From an uncultured Methylomirabilota bacterium (GTDB lineage: Bacteria; Methylomirabilota; Methylomirabilia; Methylomirabilales; 2-02-FULL-66-22): DNA of 64,000 nucleotides. Made by a program: the position numbers and the translations under genes. Positions 39,703 through 49,149 of the stretch are shown here, in pieces. The first letter of the stretch is position 1. Each line of letters starts with the position of its first letter. The notes under the pieces are model-generated. The model searched no databases. It was not told the DNA's origin and saw only the letters and a list, made by a program, of their open reading frames with translations. The stretch spans positions 864,001 through 928,000 of the forward strand of contig CAWJSJ010000005.1 of assembly GCA_963845565.1 (NCBI GenBank). The letters run 5' to 3'.

Positions 39703-40953
39703 CTACGGCCGCTTGAACTCGCAAGGGTTGTCCTCTTTTGTCGCGGCAATGATCTCGAGACTTTCGTTCTTGTCGGGGACCTCGCCGGCGATCTTCCAGA
39801 TGTCCCACTGATCCTTCGCCTCACTCTTCTTTTTCCCGAGGGCGACCCAAATGGGCTGCATCAACTGGCGGTCCCAGGTTCGGAAATACAGATCGCGCCC
39901 CTTGCCACCATCGAACTTGATCTTCTCCATCGCCTCCACGACCTTCGTGCTGTCGGTCGTTCCGGCTTGCTGCATCGCTAGGGCGATGGCCTTCACCCCG
40001 ATGTAATCGCCCCAGGCTTGGTTCTCCGGGGGCTTCCCATACTTCTTGATGAAACTTGCCGAGAATCGCTTGCTCCCTTCGTAGGGGAGGTCGTACCACC
40101 ACAGCAGCGGGAAGGAACCGGTGATGGCTCCGGCGCCGACCGGCCACATGAGGAGGGTATCGATCAGTCCCCCGGCGACTTCCGTGGTCATGCCGAACTC
40201 CGCATACTGCTTCATGAAGTTAGTCTGGTCGGTGCCCGCCAGATTCTGGAACACCACGTCGGGGTTACCGCTTTTGACCTTGAGCAGATAGGAGCTGAAA
40301 TCCACGGTCCCCGTCGGGATCAATTCACTCCCGACTTCGGTGCCACCCATCTTCTTCAAGAGGCCGCGCGAGACGCGCAGCAGGTCATGCCCGAAGGCAT
40401 AATCGGAGGTCAGGAAGTACCATCGCTTGTACTGCTTCTCCTTGATCAGGTACCGGCCGATGGTGTTGACGTACTGCGAATTGGATCCTTCCACCGAGAA
40501 GGTATAGTAATTACAGCGCTTCCCCCGGATCTCATCCGAGTTGGAACCGGTGTTGACCAACAACACCTTGGCGCGGTCCGCCACATCCATCACCGCCAGA
40601 CACACGGCGCTGCTCACCGTCCCCAGCAGCGCGTCTACCTTCTCCTGCTGGATAAGCTTGGTGGCTTTTTGCACCGCCACCCCGGGATTCATGTCGTCCT
40701 CGGGCAGCAGGCGCAACTCGCGCCCCAGGACCCCTCCGGCGGCGTTCACTTCTTCCACCGCCAGAGACGCTGCTTTGATCATGTACTCGCCCATCGGCGA
40801 CAGAAATCCGCTCTGGGGAATCAAATGTCCGAGCTTGATGGGCTGCCGCTGGGCCCTCAGGATGGCCGGGGCAAAAATCCCCCCGGCACCCGCCGCCGCT
40901 GCCGTCGCACCTGCCGCCTTCAGAAAGGCTCTGCGCGTCGTCCCGTTTCGCAT
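39703..40953 (-). CDS. ABC transporter substrate-binding protein (branched-chain/LivK-like) with Tat-type signal
   Basis: TTRRAFLK signal, IKLGHL.PQSG, NAAGGVLGR, LGTVSS, DYAFG. Confidence 0.9.
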   Translation of the reverse strand: MRNGTTRRAFLKAAGATAAAAGAGGIFAPAILRAQRQPIKLGHLIPQSGFLSPMGEYMIKAASLAVEEVNAAGGVLGRELRLLPEDDMNPGVAVQKATKLIQQEKVDALLGTVSSAVCLAVMDVADRAKVLLVNTGSNSDEIRGKRCNYYTFSVEGSNSQYVNTIGRYLIKEKQYKRWYFLTSDYAFGHDLLRVSRGLLKKMGGTEVGSELIPTGTVDFSSYLLKVKSGNPDVVFQNLAGTDQTNFMKQYAEFGMTTEVAGGLIDTLLMWPVGAGAITGSFPLLWWYDLPYEGSKRFSASFIKKYGKPPENQAWGDYIGVKAIALAMQQAGTTDSTKVVEAMEKIKFDGGKGRDLYFRTWDRQLMQPIWVALGKKKSEAKDQWDIWKIAGEVPDKNESLEIIAATKEDNPCEFKRP

Positions 40954-41240
40954 TGGCTTTCCTCCCGCAACCATTCGTGTGCACGCCGTGTCCGTGTCGG
41001 TCAATCGTCCGCCGCCGTCGGCCGCATCACCTCCTTCCTGTCAGGTTCGCGACGTATCATGGCCCAAGGCGGAGAAGGCTGTCAATAGTCACCGCGTGCC
41101 GGTCGCACGGGAGACCCACGGGGACGCCTGACCCCGGGTCCGCGGGAGGCGACCGTCGAACCGGGCGTGGAAAAAAGGGAACGGGGCAAGGTCACGCGGA
41201 CCCTGCCCCGTCATCGTCCCCGCCCAGAGGTCGTCTCGTG

Positions 41241-43803
41241 TCAGACGCCCAAGAGCTTCTGGCGAAGCTCGTGGTCGTCGATGATGGCCTGGGCCGCCCC
41301 CTCGAATTCGATCTGCCCATTATTGACGACATAGACCCGATCACCCAGCGACAGGGCCAGGTCGGCGTTCTGCTCCACCAGCAGGGTCGTCATCTCCTTC
41401 TTCAACTCGTTGATCACCTTCCAGAGGCCCTCGACGATGGTGGGGGCCAATCCTTCGAACGGCTCGTCCAGCATGAGCAGCTGGCCGTTGCTCATGAGCG
41501 CGCGGGCGATGGCCAGCATCTGCAGTTCGCCGCCGCTCATCTGCTCACCTCGGCGCGCGCGCAGGCGGCCGAGCTGCGGCAGGAGCTCATAGGCCCTGTC
41601 CGGGGTCCAGACCACGGGATGGCCGTTCCGCCCTGCCTGCATGAAGGCGATTTCGAGGTTCTCCTGGACCGTGAGGTTCGGGAAGATCCGGCGGCCCTGC
41701 GGGACCAGCATGATGCCCTTTCGGCTGATCTGCTCGGGCTGGAGACGGGCGATCGCTTCTCCACCGAAGCGGATCTCGCCGCGCCACGGCGGCGTGAGGC
41801 CGATGATGGAGTGCAGAGTCGTGGTCTTGCCGGCCCCGTTCCGCCCCAGCAGACAGACCAGCTCTCCCGGATAGACCGCCAGGGATACATCGTGCAGGAT
41901 ATGGCTCTTCCCGTAGGAGGTGTTGATCCGCTCCACCGTGAGGAGCGGGACATCCGTCCGCCGTTGGGGCGGGTGCGAGACCAGGTGCTCGCGGTCGAAG
42001 CCGCCGATGTACGCCTCTTGCACCAGGGGATTGGCCTGGATCTCGTCCGGGCTTCCCTCGGCGATGACTTTGCCCTGGGCCAGGACCGTGATCCGATCGG
42101 AGATGTTGAGGATCTGATCGATGTCGTGGTCGATGAGGATCACGGTGTGCTCGCCGGCCAGGGCGCGGATCAGGCCGGCGATCTTCACCCGCTCCTTGGC
42201 CGCCAGGCCGGCCAGGGGCTCGTCCAACATGAGCAGCTCCGGCTTCATGGCCAGCGTGATGCCGATCTCCAGCAGGCGCTGGTCCCCGTGGGAGATGTTC
42301 ATGGCAATCTGGTCGCGCAGCGGCCGGAGACCCACCTGATCCAGAATCCGCTCGGCCTCGCGATTAATCTCCGTCAGCGTATCCGTCACGGCCAGCATGG
42401 AGAACCGGTAAGTGGTCTTCGACTGGACCGAGACCCGGATGTTCTCGAAAACGGTGAGATCCTTGAAGATGCTGAGGATCTGGAAGGAGCGGGCGATGCC
42501 GTGGTTTGCGATCTGATAGGGCTCCAGGGCGGTGATGTCCTGCCCCTTGAAGAAGACCTTCCCGCCGTCCTTGGGAAGGTTGCCGGTCAGCGTGTTGAAG
42601 AACGTCGTCTTCCCGGCTCCGTTCGGGCCGATGACGGAGCGCAGCTCTCCCTTGCGGACAGAGATGCTCACCCCATCCACGGCCGCCAAGGCGCCGAAGC
42701 GTTTCGTGACACCCTCCGTCCGGAAGATCTCCTCGCCGAGGAGCGCGGGGTCGGTGCGCCGAGCGCTATTTTCACGAGCGGGATCGGCTGATGCGGACGC
42801 GACGGTGGGCAGGGCGACCTCCCCGCTCTCCTCGCCGGCGCCGTTCTTCCGCAAGCGGCTGCGCAGACCCGCCAGGATGCCCATGATTCCGTTGGGAGAG
42901 AATAGGATGAACGCCATGAACATCAGGCCGAAATAGATCATCCAGTGTTTGGTGTACGAGGAGAGGAGATCCTGGAAGAACACATACACGGCGGCGCCGA
43001 CGATGGGTCCGAAGAAGTTCCGCATCCCGCCCACGATGGTCATGGCCACGATGGAGCCCGAGAAGCCGGAGTGGAAGACCTCGGGGTAGGCGAAATAGTT
43101 GAGGTAGGCGAACAGCGTGCCCGCGAACCCGAGGAAGGTGCCGGAGATGATGACGGCCACGTGCTTGTAGCGACGCGGGTTGTAGCCGACGCTGGCGGCC
43201 CGGACCTCGTTGTCGCGAATGGCCTGGAGCACGCGTCCGAAGGGGGCGTCCAGGATCCGACGGATCAGCAGGACGCACGACGCCGAGCAGGACCAGGCAG
43301 ACGTAATAGAAAGCGTGGTCGCTCCGCAGGTCGAGGCCGAGGAAGGCGTCCGGCCGCTTGAGGCCGGACAGGCCATTCTCTCCGCCCGTGATGTCCGTCC
43401 AGCGGTAGCAGATGGTGAAGAAGAGTTGCGTGAAAGCCAGCGTGAGCAGCGAAAAGTACACGCCCCGGCGGCGCATGACCAGGAAACCGACCGCCACGCC
43501 GGTGAGCGCGGCCAGGGTGGTGCCGAGGAGGATGGGGACCGTGAAGGCGCCCTTGAAGACGTGGAGCTGCGCCAGGGTGGCCCCGTACATTCCCATCCCG
43601 AAGAACATCCCGTGCCCGAAGGACAGGAGACCCGTGTAGCCGAGGAGGATATTGAAGCCGAGGCCCACGACGGCGAAGATCAGGATCTGGCTCGCCATCA
43701 GCGCGGTGCTCTTCAGATTCTCCAGGGCGTAGGGGAGGACCAGAAGCACTGCAAGGAGTACCAGATTGGCTGTGACGCTCTGAAACAGGAGCCAGCGCTT
43801 CAT
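41241..43803 (-). CDS. fused branched-chain-type ABC permease (LivM) plus two ATPases (LivG, LivF); apparent frameshift near 43278
   Basis: GYTGLLSFGH, TGGENG, IRDNE.RA; Walker A GPNGAGKT and GRNGAGKT; SHGDQRLLEI, MSGGELQMLAIARAL, two LDEP. Confidence 0.88.
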
Positions 43804-44675
43804 TCGAATCTCTCCCATCGCCGCCCGAGCAGTCCGCGGGGCCGGAGCAAGAGAATGGCGATCATGAGGGCGAACTTGGACGCGTCGGCCATGGGGGGCC
43901 AGAAGAAGATGCAGAAGCTCTCCACCACGCCTACCATCAGACCGGAGATGACCGAGCCCCAGAAGCTGCCCAGGCCGCCGATGACGACGACCACGAAGGC
44001 GAAGGTGCCCGTGTTGGTCCCCATCGCCGGCTCGACGCCCGCCAGCGGGGACGCCAGCACGCCGGAGAGGGCGGCCAAGGCGACTCCCAGGCCGAAGACG
44101 GCCGTGAAAACAGGCCGGAGGCTGATGCCGAGGACCCGGACCATATCCGGGTCGCGGCTGCCGGCCCGGATGATCATGCCGTACCGCGTCTTTTCCAGGA
44201 AGTACCAGAGGCCGGCGATCGTCAGGACGGCGCACAGCCCGACGAAGTAGCGGTACTTTGAATAGACGATGGGCCCCATGGCGATGGCGCCCCGCAATGC
44301 CTCGGGAATTTGGAAGGGGATGCCTTGGGTGCCCCAGATCCAGCGCACCATCTGCTCCAGAAACATCGCCAGGCCGAACGTGAACAGGAGGCCGAGCGCC
44401 GGGTCGCCCTTGTAGATCCTGCGCAGAAACGCGGCCTCGATGGCCATGCCGAACAGGGCCACCAGGAGCGGCGAGAGGACGAGGCTGGGGAAGAATCCGA
44501 TGTAGGGGGTCACCGTTACCGTGGCGTACGCCCCCAGCATGTACAGGATGCCGTGGGTCAGGTTGACGATGCCGATCATCCCGAAGATGATCGACAGGCC
44601 GACGGCCAGGAGGACGTAGATCGCCCCCAGCACGATGCCGTTGATGAAGAACTGGAGAAACGTCGTGAGATCCAT
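43800..44675 (-). CDS. branched-chain-type ABC permease (LivH-like)
   Basis: NGIVLGAIY.LLAVGL..IFG...IVNLTHG, TRYGMIIRA, FVVVVIGGLGS. Confidence 0.92.
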   Translation of the reverse strand: MDLTTFLQFFINGIVLGAIYVLLAVGLSIIFGMIGIVNLTHGILYMLGAYATVTVTPYIGFFPSLVLSPLLVALFGMAIEAAFLRRIYKGDPALGLLFTFGLAMFLEQMVRWIWGTQGIPFQIPEALRGAIAMGPIVYSKYRYFVGLCAVLTIAGLWYFLEKTRYGMIIRAGSRDPDMVRVLGISLRPVFTAVFGLGVALAALSGVLASPLAGVEPAMGTNTGTFAFVVVVIGGLGSFWGSVISGLMVGVVESFCIFFWPPMADASKFALMIAILLLRPRGLLGRRWERFE

Positions 44676-44707
44676 GGGCTCCCTCGCGGGATCGGGTCCC
44701 GCAAACG

Positions 44708-44742
44708 CTCCTGCCCCCCTCGAGGATCGAGGGGGGCAGGAG
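44708..44742. terminator. strong stem-loop after the binding-protein gene (terminator or mRNA stabiliser)
   Basis: CTCCTGCCCCCCTCGA-GGA-TCGAGGGGGGCAGGAG. Confidence 0.65.
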
Positions 44743-44754
44743 GTGTCTAGGGCA

Positions 44755-46005
44755 TCAGCCGCGCTTCATGCTGCAGGGATTCTCTTCCTTGGTCGCCGCG
44801 ATCACCTCCAGGCTCTCGTCTTTGCCCGGGACCTCGGCGACGATGTTGAAGATGTCGTACTTGTCCTTGTTCCCCGTCTTCTTGATGTCGACCACGTACA
44901 TCGGCTGCATGAGTTGATGGTCGTACGTCCGATAGTACAGTTCGCGGCCCTTGCCGCCGTCGAACTTGATCTTTTCGAGGGCTTCCACCACCTTCTTGCT
45001 CTCGGTGGTGCCGGCCATCTTGATGGCCTCGGCGAGACACCTTGATGCTGGTGTAGTCGCCCCAGGCCTGGTTCTCCGGCGGCTGGCCGTACTTCTGCCG
45101 ATACGTCGGTCACGAATTTCTTGGTGAACTCGTTGTTCGAGGTCGCCCCACCAGATGACGGTCCAGACGCCCTGGGCCGTATCCTTCCCGGCGTTCCACA
45201 TCAGGACTGTGTCGGTAACGCCGCCGGCCACGTCGATCTTCAGGCCGAACTCGGTGTACTGCTTGAGGAAGGTGGTCTGATCGCCACCGGCGACGTTGCA
45301 GAAGATGACCTCCGGCTTGGCGTTGCGGATCTTCAGCAGATAGGAGCTGTAATCGGCGGTTCCGGTCGGCACCAGGTCGTGACCGATCTCCTTGCCGCCC
45401 AGCTCGTTCAGGAGGCGTCGGGTGACGCGGGTCAGATCGTGGCCGAACGCGTAGTCCGAGGTGAGAATGTAGAAGGTCTTGTAGTTCTTGTTCTTGACCA
45501 GGTAGCGGCCGATGGCCTTCACGTACTGGGTGTTGGAGGCCTCGGTGCAGAAGGTGTAGTAGTTGCACTTGCCCCCGCGGATCTCGTCCGAGTTCGACCC
45601 GGTATTGAAGAAGATCTTCTGGTAGCGCTCGGCCACGTCCATGATCGCCAACGCCACGGCGCTGCTCACGGTGCCGAGGAGGAAGTCCACCTTGTCCTGC
45701 TGGATCAGCTTGGTGGCCTTCTGGACACCGACGCCCGGGTTCGTCTCGTCGTCGACGATGGTTTCCAGTTGCCGGCCCAGCACACCGCCCGCTGCGTTGA
45801 TCTCTTCGATCGCCAACTTGCCGGCCTTGGACGCGTAGTCGCCCATGGGGGAGAGGAATCCGGTCAGGGGGACCAAGTGGCCGATCTTGATCGGGGTCTG
45901 CTGGGCCTTGAGGAAGGCGGGCGCGAAGATTTGGGACGTCCCCGCGGCAGCGGCCGCGGCGGTCGCGGTCTTCAGGAAGTTTCGTCGGGTCATGCCCTTC
46001 TTCAT
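44755..46005 (-). CDS. second ABC substrate-binding protein (LivK-like, Tat-type signal), paralog of 39703..40953; compensating frameshifts near 45040-45135
   Basis: MTRRNFLK, IKIGHLVPLTG, NAAGGVLGR, NTGSNSDEIRG, SDYAFGHDL. Confidence 0.88.
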   Translation of the reverse strand: MKKGMTRRNFLKTATAAAAAAGTSQIFAPAFLKAQQTPIKIGHLVPLTGFLSPMGDYASKAGKLAIEEINAAGGVLGRQLETIVDDETNPGVGVQKATKLIQQDKVDFLLGTVSSAVALAIMDVAERYQKIFFNTGSNSDEIRGGKCNYYTFCTEASNTQYVKAIGRYLVKNKNYKTFYILTSDYAFGHDLTRVTRRLLNELGGKEIGHDLVPTGTADYSSYLLKIRNAKPEVIFCNVAGGDQTTFLKQYTEFGLKIDVAGGVTDTVLMWNAGKDTAQGVWTVIWWGDLEQRVHQEIRDRRIGRSTASRRRTRPGATTPASRCLAEAIKMAGTTESKKVVEALEKIKFDGGKGRELYYRTYDHQLMQPMYVVDIKKTGNKDKYDIFNIVAEVPGKDESLEVIAATKEENPCSMKRG

Positions 46006-46515
46006 CGGTGACTCCTTTTTGCGTGAGGCTTTGGGAAGCCAAGCGTTCGACAGGGGATGCGGTCGAGTGACGTCATCACCTCCTTGCGCCTCAACGGGGC
46101 GCACCCATAACCGCTCCCATCCGGCGTGCCGGACAGGAGGCATCCGGGAAGACGGATACAGACGCGGGGCCGGTGGATTGGCTTATCGATGTTGGATCAC
46201 CGGGACCAGTCATACAGGATGCCGGCGGTGGCCAAGATCGCTACAACCTCCCCGAGGTCCGGGGATGCGCGAAAATCGCTCAGACATCGGGTCTTTGTCA
46301 AGCCCAAACCTTGTCGAACTACGGTTGTGCGGGACTATGAACCAAGGCGGTTCCGAGCGTTCCCTGGGACGGCCGAGCAGAAGGGCCCCGGACGACGGTC
46401 CTGCCCATCACTGGGCGTCAAAGGCACCGAGCGCGGTCCGCGATCGCGCCGCTTGACACAAATTACATCATGGCCCACTGTGCGCAGGGTACGGCGCGGG
46501 GAGACGGGGGAAACC

Positions 46516-47463
46516 ATGCAGGGCCAGCTCAGGGAAGCCATCGACCAAGATGATGTGGCACGACCACCTCTCGGGCAGGTGTACTTTCTGCTCTTTCTGA
46601 CGGTCCTCCTGTGGGGTGGAGGCGCGGTGGCGGGGAAGTTGGCGCTGCGCGGGATTCCCAATCTTGCCGTGGGACTCCTACGCTTCGGCCTGGCGGCCCT
46701 CACGCTCTGGGTCGTGTTTCGGCGAGAGTTTCCTCGCTGGAGCACCCTCACCCGGTCGGACCGTTGGCTGGTCCTGGGCCTCGGGGCCTTCGGAGGCTTT
46801 CTGAATCATGTGTTGTTCTTCGCCGGTCTGAGTTTCGCACCGGCATCCCACGCTGCGGTGATCGGCCCGACGACCAGTCCGATCTGGACGCTCTTCCTGG
46901 CCTCGTGGTTTGGTGGGGAGCGGTTGCGCGCCGGGCAGGTAGCCGGGAGCGCACTGTCTCTGGTGGGCGTTCTCCTCGTGGTTCAACCGGATGACCTCCT
47001 CGGCGAGCACGTCGGGAGGCAGCTACTGGGTGATTTCTTGCTGCTCCTGAGTGGGATGGTCTGGGCGGTTTACTCGGTTCTGTCGAAGCTGGCGATCCGG
47101 CGGTTCGGACCCATCGCGTCGCTGGGGTATGGGATGATCGTCGGGTGTGGGTTCCTGATCCCGCTGGTCTTGGCGGACCGCTCCTGGGCGGCGCTGCCCT
47201 CCGCATCCGCCGGGGCTTGGCTCGCGTTGGCGTATCTGACGTTCGCCACCACACTGCTGGCCTTTTTCTGGTGGAACCTCGGGATCCAGCGCGTCGGCGC
47301 CGGGAAGACGGCCATCTTCAGCAACTTAGTGCCGGTCTTCGGGGTGCTCTTGGCGTGGGTGGTCCTCGGCGAGACGCTCGGTTTGATGCAACTCGGTGGC
47401 GCAGGACTCGCCGTGGCCGGGGTGTGGGTGTGCCAGCAACGAGGGGACGGCCATAAGCCATAA
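46516..47463 (+). CDS. EamA/DMT-family transporter
   Basis: LLWGG, RF..A, duplicated EamA halves, LVPVFG....VLGE. Confidence 0.9.
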   Translation: MQGQLREAIDQDDVARPPLGQVYFLLFLTVLLWGGGAVAGKLALRGIPNLAVGLLRFGLAALTLWVVFRREFPRWSTLTRSDRWLVLGLGAFGGFLNHVLFFAGLSFAPASHAAVIGPTTSPIWTLFLASWFGGERLRAGQVAGSALSLVGVLLVVQPDDLLGEHVGRQLLGDFLLLLSGMVWAVYSVLSKLAIRRFGPIASLGYGMIVGCGFLIPLVLADRSWAALPSASAGAWLALAYLTFATTLLAFFWWNLGIQRVGAGKTAIFSNLVPVFGVLLAWVVLGETLGLMQLGGAGLAVAGVWVCQQRGDGHKP

Positions 47464-47530
47464 ACGTAATGGTGTGCATGGCCACCCCCTTTGCCATGGG
47501 CTCGCGCCACCGCCCGGTGGCCCAGACGGG

Positions 47531-47706
47531 GGGGACGTCCATAAAAGTATAAATCTTTGGCCGGTGAACACACGCAGACTCCAACCTACTTCTGGTCGAG
47601 GCGCCTCTCTCCGCGAGAGTATGTACGTTCGCTGAAAAATTTCCCCTCGAACTCTCTTATTTTCGAAAGCAAATCGAGTGTCTTTTATACTTTTATGGAC
47701 GTCCCC
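47531..47706. mobile_element. internally deleted IS / MITE (176 bp) with perfect 23-bp terminal inverted repeats
   Basis: GGGGACGTCCATAAAAGTATAAA (47531-47553) and TTTATACTTTTATGGACGTCCCC (47684-47706); AT-rich interior with no transposase. Confidence 0.8.
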
Positions 47707-47769
47707 ATTATGCCTTCCCCTGGACGTGGGGGTGCTTGTTACATGCGCAGCGGGACGGTTCTGGGAGTG

Positions 47770-48786
47770 TTAAAGTGTCCGCCCGGCAGCCTGAGCGAAA
47801 GGTGCCAGTTCGCGCATGAGTTGCCGGAAGACGTCGGGCTTCAGCGACTGGACGCCGTCGCTCACCGCGATCTCCGGCCGCATGTGGACCTCGATCATCA
47901 GGCCGTCGGCGCCGCAAGCGATGCCCGCCTTGGCCATGGGGGACACGTACTCCCAGTGGCCGGTGCCGTGGCTCGGGTCCACGATCACCGGGAGGTGGGT
48001 GTGCTTCTTGAGGACGGGCACCGCGTTCAGATCGAGGGTGAAACGGGTAGCCGTCTCGAACGTCCGGATGCCGCGCTCACAGAGGACCACCTGGTAGTTC
48101 CCCTCCGACAGGATGTACTCCGCCGCCATCAGGAACTCCTGGATGGTGGACGCCATGCCCCGCTTCAAGAGGACCGGCTTGCCCACCTCGCCCGCGCGCT
48201 TGAGCAGGGCGAAGTTCTGCATGTTCCGGGCGCCGATCTGGAGCATGTCGGCGTACTCGGCGATCAGGTCCACGTCTTCGGGCTTGAGCACCTCGGTGAC
48301 GATGGCGAGACCCGTCGCTTCGCGGGCCTGGGCGAGCAGCCGCAGCCCTTCCTTCCCCATGCCCTGGAAGGCGTAGGGGGAGGTCCGGGGCTTGAACGCG
48401 CCGCCACGCAGGACCGAGGCGCCCGCCTCCTTGGCGAGCACGGCGAGCTGCATGACCATCTCCTCGCTCTCCACGCTGCACGGACCCGCGATCACCGGCA
48501 GGCGGTTCCCGCCGAACTCGGCATCGCCCACCTTCACGAGACTCGGCGTGGCCTTGAACTCCCGGCTGGCCAGCTTGAAGGGCTGGAGGATGGGGACGAC
48601 GCTCTCGACGCCCGGCATGACCTCCAGCGAGTGGAGGCGGGCCTTCCCGCGCTCGTCTCCCACGGCGCCGATGACGGTGCGCTGCGTGCCCCAGATGACG
48701 TGAGGCTGGTACCCGAGCTCCTCGATGGTCCGGATGACGTCCTGCACCTGCTCCTTGGGGATGCCGCCTTTCATGACAATGATCAT
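47770..48786 (-). CDS. aroF: DAHP synthase (class I-beta, with N-terminal regulatory domain)
   Basis: [57 protein letters not shown]. Confidence 0.95.
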   Translation of the reverse strand: MIIVMKGGIPKEQVQDVIRTIEELGYQPHVIWGTQRTVIGAVGDERGKARLHSLEVMPGVESVVPILQPFKLASREFKATPSLVKVGDAEFGGNRLPVIAGPCSVESEEMVMQLAVLAKEAGASVLRGGAFKPRTSPYAFQGMGKEGLRLLAQAREATGLAIVTEVLKPEDVDLIAEYADMLQIGARNMQNFALLKRAGEVGKPVLLKRGMASTIQEFLMAAEYILSEGNYQVVLCERGIRTFETATRFTLDLNAVPVLKKHTHLPVIVDPSHGTGHWEYVSPMAKAGIACGADGLMIEVHMRPEIAVSDGVQSLKPDVFRQLMRELAPFAQAAGRTL

Positions 48787-48800
48787 GTCTCGCCTCCTGG

Positions 48801-48890
48801 GCGGCCGCTGAAAAAGGCCATCTGCTGCGTTGGCCCGCCTCGCCACTCGCTGCGGCGTGCCGCCTTGCACCTTGGCTTTTTGAGCGGCCT
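48801..48890 (+). repeat. MITE/REP-like element family A, copy 3 (internally shortened), in the aroF leader
   Basis: GGCCGCTGAAAAAGGCCATCTGC ... GCCTTGCACCTTGGCTTTTTGAGCGGCCT. Confidence 0.75.
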
Positions 48891-48945
48891 ACACGAAGTG
48901 TCTTTCAGAAGCCGACTCAATCACACAACTGACGGACCGATCAGT

Positions 48946-48988
48946 ACAAAAGAGAAGGCCACGGGGCTTTGTCTGCCCCGTGGCCTTC
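48946..48988 (-). terminator. attenuator terminator hairpin upstream of aroF
   Basis: mRNA GAAGGCCACGGGGC-AGACAAA-GCCCCGTGGCCTTC-TCTTTTGT (perfect 14-bp stem plus U tract). Confidence 0.85.
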
Positions 48989-49009
48989 GGTGTCTGGATG
49001 CCTTTTGGT

Positions 49010-49096
49010 CTAGCTCATCCGTCGCCTCGAGCCGGCAGGGCAGACGCCCGGAAAGCAAAAGTAAAACCACACCCGGCTCGAATCGTCACGGAACAT
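49010..49096 (-). CDS. aromatic amino-acid attenuator leader peptide MFRDDSSRVWFYFCFPGVCPAGSRRRMS
   Basis: GAAAGGA RBS, 28 codons with the run TGG TTT TAC TTT TGC TTT, followed by antiterminator/terminator sequences; too short for the ORF track. Confidence 0.8.
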   Translation of the reverse strand: MFRDDSSRVWFYFCFPGVCPAGSRRRMS

Positions 49097-49149
49097 TTGC
49101 AGTCCTTTCAATCACCGGCCACGATTGATACCATCCGATACGGTATGCG

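Noticed and set aside
46010..46330. Known riboswitch in the long leader of the ABC operon
   Set aside because: No recognisable TPP, cobalamin, SAM, glycine, c-di-GMP or T-box consensus by eye; an Rfam scan would be needed.
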